DNA of 64,000 nucleotides from the NCBI GenBank assembly GCA_963822965.1, contig CAWGJT010000010.1, forward strand, positions 32,001 through 96,000, in the 5' to 3' direction. The position numbers and the translations under genes were made by a program. How positions within the stretch are numbered: position 1 is the first letter of the stretch; every line of letters starts with the position of its first letter. The DNA comes from an uncultured delta proteobacterium (GTDB lineage Bacteria > Myxococcota_A > UBA9160 > UBA4427). A model generated the notes under the pieces. The model was not told the origin of the DNA and ran no database searches. It saw only the letters and a program-made list of their open reading frames with translations. This document shows positions 18,142 to 27,200 of this stretch, piece by piece.

Positions 18142-21100
18142 TCACTTCTCGGTCGCCCAGGAGGCCGTCCGCCTTCTGCGGCCCCGGGCCTGCAGCCACA
18201 GCAACGTTCCCAGGGCTGCCGTCACGAGCTGAGCCATCGTCGGCTCGGGCACCGGGCCGACGTCCGCGGGCTGCAGCCCCATGGTGGTGACGTGCACGGC
18301 GTCCACCCCCGGCGTCGCGCCGAAGGCATCCTCGCCGTAGCCCACGTAGGCCACCGCGTCCCTCACGGCGACGTCCCAGACGTGGCCCCGGGATTCGAAG
18401 GGATCGAGCTCGAGCGGATCGGACGGGTCGCTCACGTCGAAGATGCGAAGCTCGGGGGAGTCCTCGGCCAGGAAGGCGCGCGTCCCTGCGACGGTGGTCT
18501 CGTAGACCGCCGCCACGCCGGGCACCCGGCTCGGAATCCGGGCGATCATCTGCGGAAGCGTGGGCTCGGTGACGTCCAGGACGTAGACCCCTTCCTGGAA
18601 GGCGGACAGATAGGCCAGCGTCTGGTCGCCCCAGTGTACCACCTCGACGTCCTGGCCCGGCCCGCTGCCCGAGGGCGTGTCGAAGGCGCCGATGAGGGTC
18701 GGGGCTTCCACGTTGCTGGGATCCACCACCCGCAGGCCCCGGGTCGTCGCCACGTAGGCGATGCCGTCCACGAAGTCCACGTCGATGGAGGCGCCGAAGT
18801 TCGCGTCCGTGCGGCCCACGTGGCCCAGCTCCTGGGGGTCGGCGGGATCGCTCACGTCGTAGAGCTCGAGCCCGCCGTTGTGATCGGCCACGAAGAGCAG
18901 CAGGTCGTCCTCGGCCACCTCGACGTCGAGCGCGAATCCGGGCGTATCGACGACCGCCAGGAAGGTCGGGTTCGAGACGTCCGCGATCGAGGCGATCCAG
19001 AAGCCGCACGGGCCCGCGGCCAGATAGGTGATCGCGCTGCGCGACTCCGCGTCCACGTCCTCGACGTTGGCGGGCACGGTCGAGAAGCCGTCCTTGCACG
19101 TGCCGGGATCGAGGGCGCCCACCGGGTGCGGCCCCAGCTGCGAGAACTCCAGCAAGCGAAGGCCGCCAGCCTCGGCCGCCACCAGCACCAGGTTGCGGTC
19201 CGAGAACTGGCTGAGCTCGATGTCCCGGGCCCACGCGTCGAAGCTCGGGAGCTCGCAGGTGTCCCCGTCGTCGACCGAGCCGTCGCAGTCGTCGTCGAGT
19301 CCGTCGAGGCACAGCTCCATGCCGGGCCCCGGCAGCGGGACGCAGGCCTGGGACACGCCATCCACGCAGCTGGCGACGCTGGTCTCGCATACGCCGACGC
19401 CGCAGGAGATGGGGCCGAAGCCGTTGTCGGCGACGCCGCTGCAGTCGTCGTCGAGCCCGTTGCAGATCTCGCTGGTGGGGCCGTTCATCACCTGGGTGAC
19501 CTGGAAGGAGCCGCCGATGCAGCTCTGGATGCCCTCCTGGCACTCGCCCACGTCCGAGCCCGTGACGATGTCCGCGATGCCGTCGTCGTCCTCGCCGTCG
19601 CAGTCGTCGTCGAGGCCGTTGCACACCTCGGTCGCCGGGAGGATCTCGGTCTGCGTGACCTGGAAGGTTCCGCCGAGGCAGGACTGGATCTCGGTCCGGC
19701 ACTCACCCACGTCCGAGCCGGTGACGATGTTCGGGATGTCGTCCGCGATGGAGTTGCAGTTCTCGTCTTTGCCGTTGCAGATCTCCTCGGTCGGATCGAT
19801 GCGTGTCTGCGTCACCTGGAACGAGCCGTCGATGCACTCCTGGATCTCGGCGCGACACTCGCCGATGGTGACGCCCGTCGCGATGGGCTGGATGCCGTCG
19901 TCTGGCACGGCGTCGCAATCGTCGTCGAGGCCGTTGCAGACCTCGGTGATCGGCTCGATGCCGGCCTGGACGATGGTGACGGCGCCGCCGACGCAGCGCT
20001 GGATCTCGGTCTGGCACTCGCCCACGCTCGAGCCCGTGACCACGTCCGCGAGGCCGTCGTCGGGCAGGCTGTTGCAGTCGTCGTCGAGTCCGTTGCAGGT
20101 CTCGGCGGTGGCCTCGATGGCGGCCTGGGTGACCCGGAAGGATCCGTCCACGCAGCTCTGGATCTCGCTCTGGCACGCGCCCACGTCCGTGCCGGTGACG
20201 ATGTCCGCAATGCCGTCGTCGGGCAGGCTGTTGCAGTCGTCGTCGAGCCCGTTGCAGGTCTCGGCGGTGGGCGGAATCGCCGTCTGGGTCACCTGGAAGG
20301 CGCCGCCGATGCAGCTCTGGATCTCGGTCTGGCACTCGCCGACGTCGGTGCCGGTCGTCAGGTCGGCGATGCCGTCGTCGGGCAGGCTGTTGCAGTCGTC
20401 GTCGAGGCCGTTGCAGGTCTCGGTTGCGGGCAGGATGCCGGGCTGGGTGATCTGGAGGGCGCCTCCGACGCAGCTCTGGATCTCGGTGCGGCACTCGCCC
20501 ACGTCGGTGCCCGTGACGACGTCGGCGATGCCGTCGTCGGCCTGACCGTTGCAGTCGTCGTCCAGGCTGTTGCAGGTCTCGGCGGCGGGGCCGATGGCGG
20601 TCTGGGTCACCTCGTAGGCGCCGGCCACGCAGGTCTGGATCTCGGTCTGGCACTCGCCGATGTCCGAGCCCGTGACGAGGTTCCCCACGTTGTCGTCCGG
20701 CACGGTGTCGCAGTCGTCGTCCAGCCCGTTGCAGATCTCGACGGTGGGCCCGATCGCGGGCCGGGTCACCTGGAAGGAGCCGCCGATGCAGCTCTGGATC
20801 TCGGCCTGGCACTCGCCCACGTCCGAGCCGTTCACCCGGTCGGCGATCTCCTCGTCGATGTCCGTATCGCAGTCGTCGTCCAGCCCGTTGCACACCTCCG
20901 GCGCGGGCCCGACGCCGGTCTGGGTGATCTGGAAGGTGCCATCGATGCAGCTCTGGATCTCGGCCTGGCACTGGCCGGTGTCCGTGCTGGTCACGATGTC
21001 TTCGATGTTGTCGTCCGGCACGGTGTCGCAGTCGTCGTCGAGCCCGTTGCACACCTCGGTGGTGGGCAGGATTCCCGCCTGGGTGACCTGGAACGCGCCG

Positions 21101-23946
21101 CCCACGCAGCTCTGGACCTCGCTCTGGCACTCGCCCACGTCCGAGCCGCTGACGATGTCCGCGATGCCGTTGTCCTCGACCCCGTTGCAGTCGTCGTCGA
21201 GGCCGTTGCAGCTCTCCTGGGACGGCGGGATGCCGATCTGCGTCACCTGGAAGGCGCCGCCGACGCAGCTCTGGATGCCGGTCTGACACTCGCCCACGTC
21301 CGACCCGGTGACGATGTCCGCGATGCCGTCGTCGGGAACGCTGTTGCAGTCGTCGTCGAGACCGTTGCAGGTCTCGGCGCTGGGTGGAATCGCGGTCTGG
21401 GTCACCTGGAACGAGCCGCTGATGCAGCTCTCGACCTGGCTGCGGCACTCGCCCACGTCCGAGCCGGTGACGATGTTGGCGATGCCGTCGTCGTTGGCCG
21501 AGTTGCAGTCGTCGTCGAGGCCGTTGCAGACCTCGCTCGTGGGCCCGATGCCGGTCTGGGTGACCTGGAAGGCGCCGCCCACGCAGCTCTGCACCTCGGT
21601 CTGGCACTCGCCCACGTCCGTTCCGGCGACGAGGTTGGCGATGCCGTTGTCCGGGCTTCCATTGCAGTCGTCGTCGAGTCCGTTGCAGGTCTCGGCGGCC
21701 GGCGCGATGCCGGCCTGGGTCACCTGGAAGGCGCCGCCCACGCAGCTCTGGATCTCGCGCTGGCATTCGCCCACGTCCGATCCGCTCACGAGGTCCGCGA
21801 CGTCGTTGTCGGGCACCGAGTCGCAATCGTCGTCGAGGCCGTTGCAGGTCTCGGCTGCGGGCCCGATGCCGGCCTGGGTCACCTGGAAAGCGCCGCCGAT
21901 GCAGCTCTGCACCTCGGTCTGGCACTCGCCCACGTCCGAGCCGGTGACGAGATCGGCGATGCCGTCGTCGGGCAGGCTGTTGCAGTCGTCGTCGAGTCCG
22001 TTGCAGGTCTCGGCGGCCGGCGCGATGCCCGCCTGGGTCACCTGGAAGACGCCGCCGATGCAGCTCTGCACCTCGGTCTGGCACTCGCCCACGTCCGATC
22101 CGGTGACGCGATCGGCGATGCCGTCGTCGGGCAGGCTGTTGCAGTCGTCGTCGAGTCCGTTGCAGGTCTCGGCGACCGGCGCGATGCCGGCCTGGGTCAC
22201 CTGGAAGGCGCCGCCGATGCAGCTCTGCACCTCGGTCTGGCACTCGCCCACGTCCGATCCGGTGACGATGTCCGCGATGCCGTCGTCCGCCTGACCGTTG
22301 CAGTCGTCGTCCAGGCTGTTGCAGGTCTCGGCGACGGGCCCGATGGCGCTCTGGGTGACCTGGTAGCTGCCGTCGACGCAGCTCTGGATCTCCGTCTGGC
22401 ACTCGCCCACGTCCGAGCCCGTCACGAGGGGAGCGGCGTCCTCGTCCACCGCCAGGTCGCAGTCGTTGTCGAGGCCGTCGCAGAGATCGTTCGCCGCCGC
22501 GCCCGCCAGCGGGTCGCACGTGTCGAAGGGGACGCCGCCCTGGCACTGGAGGAGTCCCACGTTGCCGCTGCACTCGCCGACGCCGCACGTGGTCGCCACG
22601 GGCACGTACTCGTCGTCGGGGGTCCCGTCACAGTCGTTGTCGAATCCGTCGCACTGGTCGTCGGGGACGGCCCCCGCCAGCGGGTCGCAGGTATCCACCG
22701 GAACGCCCGCCTGGCACTCGAGGAGGCCCGTGTTCGCGCTGCAGGCACCCACGCCGCAGCTGGTGGTCGTCGCGACGTACTCGTCGTCCGGGGTTCCGTC
22801 GCAGTCGTTGTCGAGTCCGTCGCACTGGTCGTCGGGCAGGGCGCCCGCCAGCGGGTCGCAGGTGTCGACCGGAACGCCGCCTGGCACTCGAGGAGGCGCC
22901 GTGTTGCGCTGCAGGCACCCACGCCGCAGGTGGTGGTCGGCGGCGACGTACTCGTCGTCCGGGGTTCCGTCACAGTCGTTGTCGAGGCCGTCGCACTGGT
23001 CGTCGGGGACGGCCCCCGCCAGCGGGTCGCAGGTGTCCACCGGAACGCCCGCCTGGCACTCGAGGAGGCCCGTGTTCGCGCTGCAGGCACCCACGCCGCA
23101 GCTGGTGGTCGTCGCGACGTACTCGTCGTCCGGGGTTCCGTCGCAGTCGTTGTCGAGTCCGTCGCACTGGTCGTCGGGCAGGGCGCCGGCGAGGGGGTCG
23201 CAGGTATCCACCAGGACCCCCGCCTGGCACTCGAGCAGGCCGGCGTTCGCGCTGCATTCCCCTACGCCGCAGGAGGTCGGGATGGGCGTGATGTCGTTGT
23301 CGATCACCAGGTCGCAGTCGTTGTCGTAGCCGTCGCAGATCTCCGGCCCGCAGGTGCGCTCGACGAAGACCGTGATCTGGAGTCCGCTCAGGTCGACGCT
23401 GTCCGCCTTGGCGGTGCCGGTCTGGATCACGGACAGGGTGGCGTCGTCGTGCTGGAAGTCGGCGAGATTCGCGCCCAGGTCGGTGAGCCGGAAGCCCGCG
23501 CCGCCGTTCCACGGCAGCCGGCCGGTGAGATCGGTGTTGCAGGCGTCCACCGCGGTGCAGGTCGCCACCAGCGCCGTTCCCAGGTAGACCTCGACGGGGG
23601 CGCTCCAGGCGTTGGTTCCGCCCCAGACGCCCTCGATCAGGATGTCGGTCACCACGTCGCCGGGCGTGCGGGTGAAGGTGAACGTGCGCAGGACGCCGAG
23701 GTCCTGGGGGAAATCCGCGCCCGTACACGAAGGCGAGCACGCCGGGGTCTGGAAGATGTCGCCCACCGCGAAGGGGCCGAGCTGGAGCGGATCCGCGCTG
23801 GCGCGGTTCGGGGCCGCCACGGCGGCGAAGCACAGCGCGGCGAGCGCGGCGCCGCGCAGGAAGGCGCGCGCGCGTCTCCGCGCTCCCGGGTTGCCGCTAC
23901 CGGTTCGGTGCGGCCGGTCTGCTCTGCTGGGGGGGGATTCGAACAA
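18142..23946 (-). CDS. 1,934-aa MopE-related Cys/Asp-repeat protein with LVIVD-type propeller and PEP-CTERM anchor
   Basis: Signal peptide; ~26 E.C(N/D)GLD(D/N)DC repeats; LVIVD-like blades (ADHNGGLELYDVSDP, GLRVVD, GVYVLDVTEP); VPEPTMAQLVTAALGTLLWLQARGRRRR. Confidence 0.88.
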   Translation of the reverse strand: MFESPPSRADRPHRTGSGNPGARRRARAFLRGAALAALCFAAVAAPNRASADPLQLGPFAVGDIFQTPACSPSCTGADFPQDLGVLRTFTFTRTPGDVVTDILIEGVWGGTNAWSAPVEVYLGTALVATCTAVDACNTDLTGRLPWNGGAGFRLTDLGANLADFQHDDATLSVIQTGTAKADSVDLSGLQITVFVERTCGPEICDGYDNDCDLVIDNDITPIPTSCGVGECSANAGLLECQAGVLVDTCDPLAGALPDDQCDGLDNDCDGTPDDEYVATTTSCGVGACSANTGLLECQAGVPVDTCDPLAGAVPDDQCDGLDNDCDGTPDDEYVAADHHLRRGCLQRNTAPPRVPGGVPVDTCDPLAGALPDDQCDGLDNDCDGTPDDEYVATTTSCGVGACSANTGLLECQAGVPVDTCDPLAGAVPDDQCDGFDNDCDGTPDDEYVPVATTCGVGECSGNVGLLQCQGGVPFDTCDPLAGAAANDLCDGLDNDCDLAVDEDAAPLVTGSDVGECQTEIQSCVDGSYQVTQSAIGPVAETCNSLDDDCNGQADDGIADIVTGSDVGECQTEVQSCIGGAFQVTQAGIAPVAETCNGLDDDCNSLPDDGIADRVTGSDVGECQTEVQSCIGGVFQVTQAGIAPAAETCNGLDDDCNSLPDDGIADLVTGSDVGECQTEVQSCIGGAFQVTQAGIGPAAETCNGLDDDCDSVPDNDVADLVSGSDVGECQREIQSCVGGAFQVTQAGIAPAAETCNGLDDDCNGSPDNGIANLVAGTDVGECQTEVQSCVGGAFQVTQTGIGPTSEVCNGLDDDCNSANDDGIANIVTGSDVGECRSQVESCISGSFQVTQTAIPPSAETCNGLDDDCNSVPDDGIADIVTGSDVGECQTGIQSCVGGAFQVTQIGIPPSQESCNGLDDDCNGVEDNGIADIVSGSDVGECQSEVQSCVGGAFQVTQAGILPTTEVCNGLDDDCDTVPDDNIEDIVTSTDTGQCQAEIQSCIDGTFQITQTGVGPAPEVCNGLDDDCDTDIDEEIADRVNGSDVGECQAEIQSCIGGSFQVTRPAIGPTVEICNGLDDDCDTVPDDNVGNLVTGSDIGECQTEIQTCVAGAYEVTQTAIGPAAETCNSLDDDCNGQADDGIADVVTGTDVGECRTEIQSCVGGALQITQPGILPATETCNGLDDDCNSLPDDGIADLTTGTDVGECQTEIQSCIGGAFQVTQTAIPPTAETCNGLDDDCNSLPDDGIADIVTGTDVGACQSEIQSCVDGSFRVTQAAIEATAETCNGLDDDCNSLPDDGLADVVTGSSVGECQTEIQRCVGGAVTIVQAGIEPITEVCNGLDDDCDAVPDDGIQPIATGVTIGECRAEIQECIDGSFQVTQTRIDPTEEICNGKDENCNSIADDIPNIVTGSDVGECRTEIQSCLGGTFQVTQTEILPATEVCNGLDDDCDGEDDDGIADIVTGSDVGECQEGIQSCIGGSFQVTQVMNGPTSEICNGLDDDCSGVADNGFGPISCGVGVCETSVASCVDGVSQACVPLPGPGMELCLDGLDDDCDGSVDDGDTCELPSFDAWARDIELSQFSDRNLVLVAAEAGGLRLLEFSQLGPHPVGALDPGTCKDGFSTVPANVEDVDAESRSAITYLAAGPCGFWIASIADVSNPTFLAVVDTPGFALDVEVAEDDLLLFVADHNGGLELYDVSDPADPQELGHVGRTDANFGASIDVDFVDGIAYVATTRGLRVVDPSNVEAPTLIGAFDTPSGSGPGQDVEVVHWGDQTLAYLSAFQEGVYVLDVTEPTLPQMIARIPSRVPGVAAVYETTVAGTRAFLAEDSPELRIFDVSDPSDPLELDPFESRGHVWDVAVRDAVAYVGYGEDAFGATPGVDAVHVTTMGLQPADVGPVPEPTMAQLVTAALGTLLWLQARGRRRRTASWATEK
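19420..23350 (-). repeat. Intragenic array: 19 x ~159-bp units plus ~5 x 171-bp units
   Basis: Period 159 (e.g. 21901 vs 22060) and 171 (22510/22681/22852); units counted from the translation. Confidence 0.85.
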
Positions 23947-24006
23947 AGCTCAGCTTGCCGTCGGGTCCTCTCGGCTCGTGATCGGCCTCGGGGGTTGGGG
24001 GTTCGG

Positions 24007-24030
24007 ATCGAGATGGAAATCGAGATGGAA
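24007..24030. repeat. Perfect 12-bp tandem duplication atcgagatggaa x2
   Basis: Read directly in the FecR-MopE intergenic gap. Confidence 0.85.
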
Positions 24031-24032
24031 CA

Positions 24033-24986
24033 TCAGGGAATGCAGCCTCTCTCGGGTGGCACGCCGCAGGGGCCCGGTGGCGCCACCTTGTAGACGGGGT
24101 TGCAGGTGATGGGGTCGCAGACCTCCTCGTCCATGCCGAGCTTGCTCAGCTCGATGACGAGCGCCGACGGGGCGCTGGGCGCCTCGAGGGGCAGCCCCTC
24201 GGGCGGAAAGTCTTCCCGTACGATCTTGCGGAGGTCGCTGACGGGACGATCGCCCGGGCGCGCCTCGCCGGAGCCGGCGCTCACGGCCGGGAGCGCGGCG
24301 GCCAGGATGGCGCGGTCGGCTCGCAGCGCCGCCCCGAACTCGCTGCCGTCCCCGAGGCAGGGCGCCAGGCTCTCGCGCGACACGGGGTGGGGGGCGCCAG
24401 GCGCCTCACCCGGTCGCAGGGTCAGCTGCTGGCCGGATTCCACCGCCAGGGTCCCGAGGCCCGGTGTCCCGGCGATCGGTGCCTGGGAGCCGCCGTCGCG
24501 TGACACGCGCACGGGACTCTCGAGGGCGCTGACGATGGTCGCTCCGCTGCCGGGCTCCACCGAGATGTGCGCGCCGGCCCCCAGGACCTCGATTCGCGCC
24601 GCGGGCGTGTACACCACGAGGGGGCCGTCGACCGGCCGGTCCAGCGCGACGAGCGTCAGCGCGCCCTCGCGCAGGTCGATGGTGCCGGGGCTTCCCATCG
24701 CCTCGAAGGTCGCCCGGGCGTCGCCGCACAGCCGTACCAGGGCCCGGTCGTCCATCAACAGCGTGCAGCGCCCACCCGTCCCGACCTCCAGCAGCTGCCC
24801 CTCGGTCACGTCCGCGTGGAGCGCGAGCGGGCCGCCCGCGAGGCGGACCGCGCCGCTGCGCGAGGTCACCTGCACCTGGGCGCCGGCGTCGCTCGCCATC
24901 AGCGCGCAGCCCGCCAGCAGCCAGGCCCAGCGCGCCGCGGCGCGGCGCCGGCTCCGATCGGGGCCTCGATTCGGGTCAGAACGCAT
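24033..24986 (-). CDS. Secreted FecR-like domain protein with Cys-rich C-terminus
   Basis: Signal peptide; IDLREGALTL, VYTPAARIEVLG, TIVSALESPVRV; tail CDPITC...PCGVPPERGCIP. Confidence 0.7.
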   Translation of the reverse strand: MRSDPNRGPDRSRRRAAARWAWLLAGCALMASDAGAQVQVTSRSGAVRLAGGPLALHADVTEGQLLEVGTGGRCTLLMDDRALVRLCGDARATFEAMGSPGTIDLREGALTLVALDRPVDGPLVVYTPAARIEVLGAGAHISVEPGSGATIVSALESPVRVSRDGGSQAPIAGTPGLGTLAVESGQQLTLRPGEAPGAPHPVSRESLAPCLGDGSEFGAALRADRAILAAALPAVSAGSGEARPGDRPVSDLRKIVREDFPPEGLPLEAPSAPSALVIELSKLGMDEEVCDPITCNPVYKVAPPGPCGVPPERGCIP

Positions 24987-26592
24987 AACGCACGTAGCCC
25001 CCGATGATGAAGCGCTGGATGTCGAAGTTGTCGATGTTGGATCCGTTGTGGGAATAGGATCCCGCCAGGGACACGGTGTACTGCCGGAAGAAGGTGCGGT
25101 CCAGGTTGAAGGAGATCTCGTGCTCGTTGTCCTCGCGCTTGCGCGGTGGCTCCAGGGTGGAGGTTACCGCGCTGTCCTTCGTGTAGTGGCGATAAGCGTA
25201 GCGGTAGAGCGCACCGATCGAGAACGACCACGGCAGGTCCATCTCGCCCCCCACCGAGGCCTCCACGCCGTTGTGGCGAAACTCCGTGCCGTCCGAGTGG
25301 AAGCTGGTGAGCAGCCCGCCCACCACCACGTAGCGGAACGGGGCCGGAAGGAAGACGAACTGCTGGGCGCCGACGCTGTGCTGGGGTCCGCTGCGGTCGA
25401 AGGCGTCCTTGTTGCTGGTGTTGACGTCGTAGTCGTAGTAGAGGAACTGGTAGTAGGAGAGGAAGAGGCCCCAGTCGGATACGGGGACGTAGACCGTGGG
25501 GGCCACCCGCTGGATGGTGCGGAAGTTGTCGCTGAGGTCGATGGCCGTGTACGAGAAGTCGTAGCGCAGGGCCACGCTCAGGGCGTCGAAGTCGTAGCTC
25601 GTGTTGGTCCACACCACGTGGGTCTGCTGGCTCAGGTCGTAGGGGGAAGCCTGCGTGACGCCGAAGTCCTGATCGTGGGTGTCCGTGTAGATCTGCAGGT
25701 ATCCGTCGTAGCCGACGCGCCAGATCAGGCTCCGCCTGCGGTAGACCTCGGCCTGTCCCTGGAGACGCACCACGGCCGCGGGGGAGTCGGCGCTGCCCGG
25801 CTGATCGACCGAGCTCGTGTCGTCGGGCGACAGGCGGACGTTGTCGTTGTACTCGAAGCCCACGGTGGCGGCGAGGGACCAGCGCCGGCCCGCGCGCGCC
25901 GCCTGCTCGCGCAGGCTGCTGGCGGAGCGACCGAGGGGATCCTGCGGCGAGGCGCTGGCGGCGGTGCTGAAGGCGGCTGCGGAGGCTCCGGCGTCGCCGA
26001 GGTGCGCCTCCGACAGACCGATGTAGTAGTGGCCCTCGGCCGAGAGCGCGCGATCGCCCTCGACCGCCCGCTCGAGGGAGTCGAGGGCGTCCTCGTAGGC
26101 GGCCATCCGGTACAGCGCGATGCCCCGGTACAGCAGGGCCAGGGCGTGATCCGGCTCGCGTTCCAGCACGGCGTCGAACTGGGCCAGCGCCTCCTCGTTC
26201 CGCTGGGCCTCGAGGAGCTGCGCACCCAGGTCGATGCGCGCCGCGGTCACGTCGGGAGATTCCGGAGCGTTGCGAGACGCGTCGCGAGAGAGATCGACGA
26301 CCTTCTGCAGGTACTCGATGGCCGCCGCGGTGTCGCCGTCCTGGATGGCGATCAGGCCCAGGTAGTGAAGCGCGCTGGTGTTCTCGGGATCCTCCCGCAG
26401 CACCGCCTCGAAGTCGCGACGCGCGGCGTCGCGATCGCCGTCGCCGAAGCTCGCGACCCCGCGGTGGAACGCGAGCTCGCTCTCGGGGGAGGCCAGCGCC
26501 GGCGTTGCGGCAAGCGCAGAAGCCGCCAGGACGATCGCGGCCAGGGCAGACGCCGACCGGAACGAAGACGCTTGGAATGACAGGCAGATCAT
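24976..26592 (-). CDS. TPR repeats + outer-membrane beta-barrel (DUF560/Slam-like architecture)
   Basis: Signal peptide; TPRs (ALHYLGLI, ALLYRGIALY, GHYYIGL); barrel begins WSLAATVGFEYNDNV; terminal Phe (YVRYAF). Confidence 0.82.
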   Translation of the reverse strand: MICLSFQASSFRSASALAAIVLAASALAATPALASPESELAFHRGVASFGDGDRDAARRDFEAVLREDPENTSALHYLGLIAIQDGDTAAAIEYLQKVVDLSRDASRNAPESPDVTAARIDLGAQLLEAQRNEEALAQFDAVLEREPDHALALLYRGIALYRMAAYEDALDSLERAVEGDRALSAEGHYYIGLSEAHLGDAGASAAAFSTAASASPQDPLGRSASSLREQAARAGRRWSLAATVGFEYNDNVRLSPDDTSSVDQPGSADSPAAVVRLQGQAEVYRRRSLIWRVGYDGYLQIYTDTHDQDFGVTQASPYDLSQQTHVVWTNTSYDFDALSVALRYDFSYTAIDLSDNFRTIQRVAPTVYVPVSDWGLFLSYYQFLYYDYDVNTSNKDAFDRSGPQHSVGAQQFVFLPAPFRYVVVGGLLTSFHSDGTEFRHNGVEASVGGEMDLPWSFSIGALYRYAYRHYTKDSAVTSTLEPPRKREDNEHEISFNLDRTFFRQYTVSLAGSYSHNGSNIDNFDIQRFIIGGYVRYAF

Positions 26593-26631
26593 GCCGCTCC
26601 CTGGGCCAGCATCGAGGTCGGGACACGGCCG

Positions 26632-26660
26632 GAAGGCCCCGAAGGGGATCGGGGGCCTTC
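26632..26660. other. GC-rich hairpin in the leader of the TPR-barrel gene
   Basis: gaaggcccc (26632-40) pairs with ggggccttc (26652-60). Confidence 0.5.
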
Positions 26661-26676
26661 GAGCATCCGACTGTCA

Positions 26677-26700
26677 ACCGGCGTTCCATCATAACTCGGG
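26677..26700 (-). promoter_or_regulatory. Putative -10 box TATGAT, copy 1 of a ~24-bp direct repeat
   Basis: accggcgttccatcataactcgg; the minus strand reads TATGATGGAAC. Confidence 0.4.
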
Positions 26701-26783
26701 GAGCCCCGGGAAGAAGGGCGGTGAAGCAGGATCACGGCAGGAAGAGCAGAGCGCACGGGAGCAGCTCACCGCACCCCCACGGG

Positions 26784-26894
26784 GCCCGCGGAGGAGAGCC
26801 TTCAGCCCGCGGAGGAGAGCCTTCAGCCCGCGGAGGAGAGCCTTCAGCCCGCGGAGGAGAGCCTTCAGCCCGCGGAGGAGAGCCTTCAGCCCGC
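26784..26894. repeat. Perfect 5 x 21-bp intergenic tandem array gcccgcggaggagagccttca (+6 bp)
   Basis: Read directly; identical units with no spacers. Confidence 0.97.
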
Positions 26895-27012
26895 TGAATA
26901 ATGCGGACCGTCGCCGCGCCCCCCGACCACGTTGCTCACCGCCCCGTTCTCCCACCCTGGATGCGGACGTTGGGGCTGCCCGTCGGGATGACCCCGCCGG
27001 CATGACGAGGCG

Positions 27013-27035
27013 ACCGGGTTCCATCATACACCCGG
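27013..27035 (-). promoter_or_regulatory. Putative -10 box TATGAT, copy 2 of the ~24-bp direct repeat
   Basis: accgggttccatcatacacccgg, 335 bp from copy 1. Confidence 0.4.
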
Positions 27036-27200
27036 AAGAGTCGGTGGCGCGCGATCGATTCGCTGGCCATTGGAGCGGTCCCGGCGGCGCCCGGGCGGCC
27101 CAGCCGAGAGCTTCGCTCGGCGCTGCGTCGGCGTCGTGCCGGATGCGGCGCAGCGGTGGCCGGTCGTTCCGGGTGCTATGCACTGGGCGGGGGGTGACCG

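Noticed and set aside
19420..23350. Diversity-generating retroelement template/variable repeats
   Set aside because: No reverse transcriptase in the window; repeats are in-frame tandem units and differences are not evidently adenine-specific.
18292..24093. 1,933-aa plus-strand ORF and other long Arg/Pro-rich alternative-frame ORFs throughout the window
   Set aside because: Mirror or off-frame reads of genes with clear motifs; expected in high-GC DNA.
26784..26894. CRISPR array or plasmid iterons
   Set aside because: Units are contiguous with no spacers, and there is no cas or rep gene in the window.
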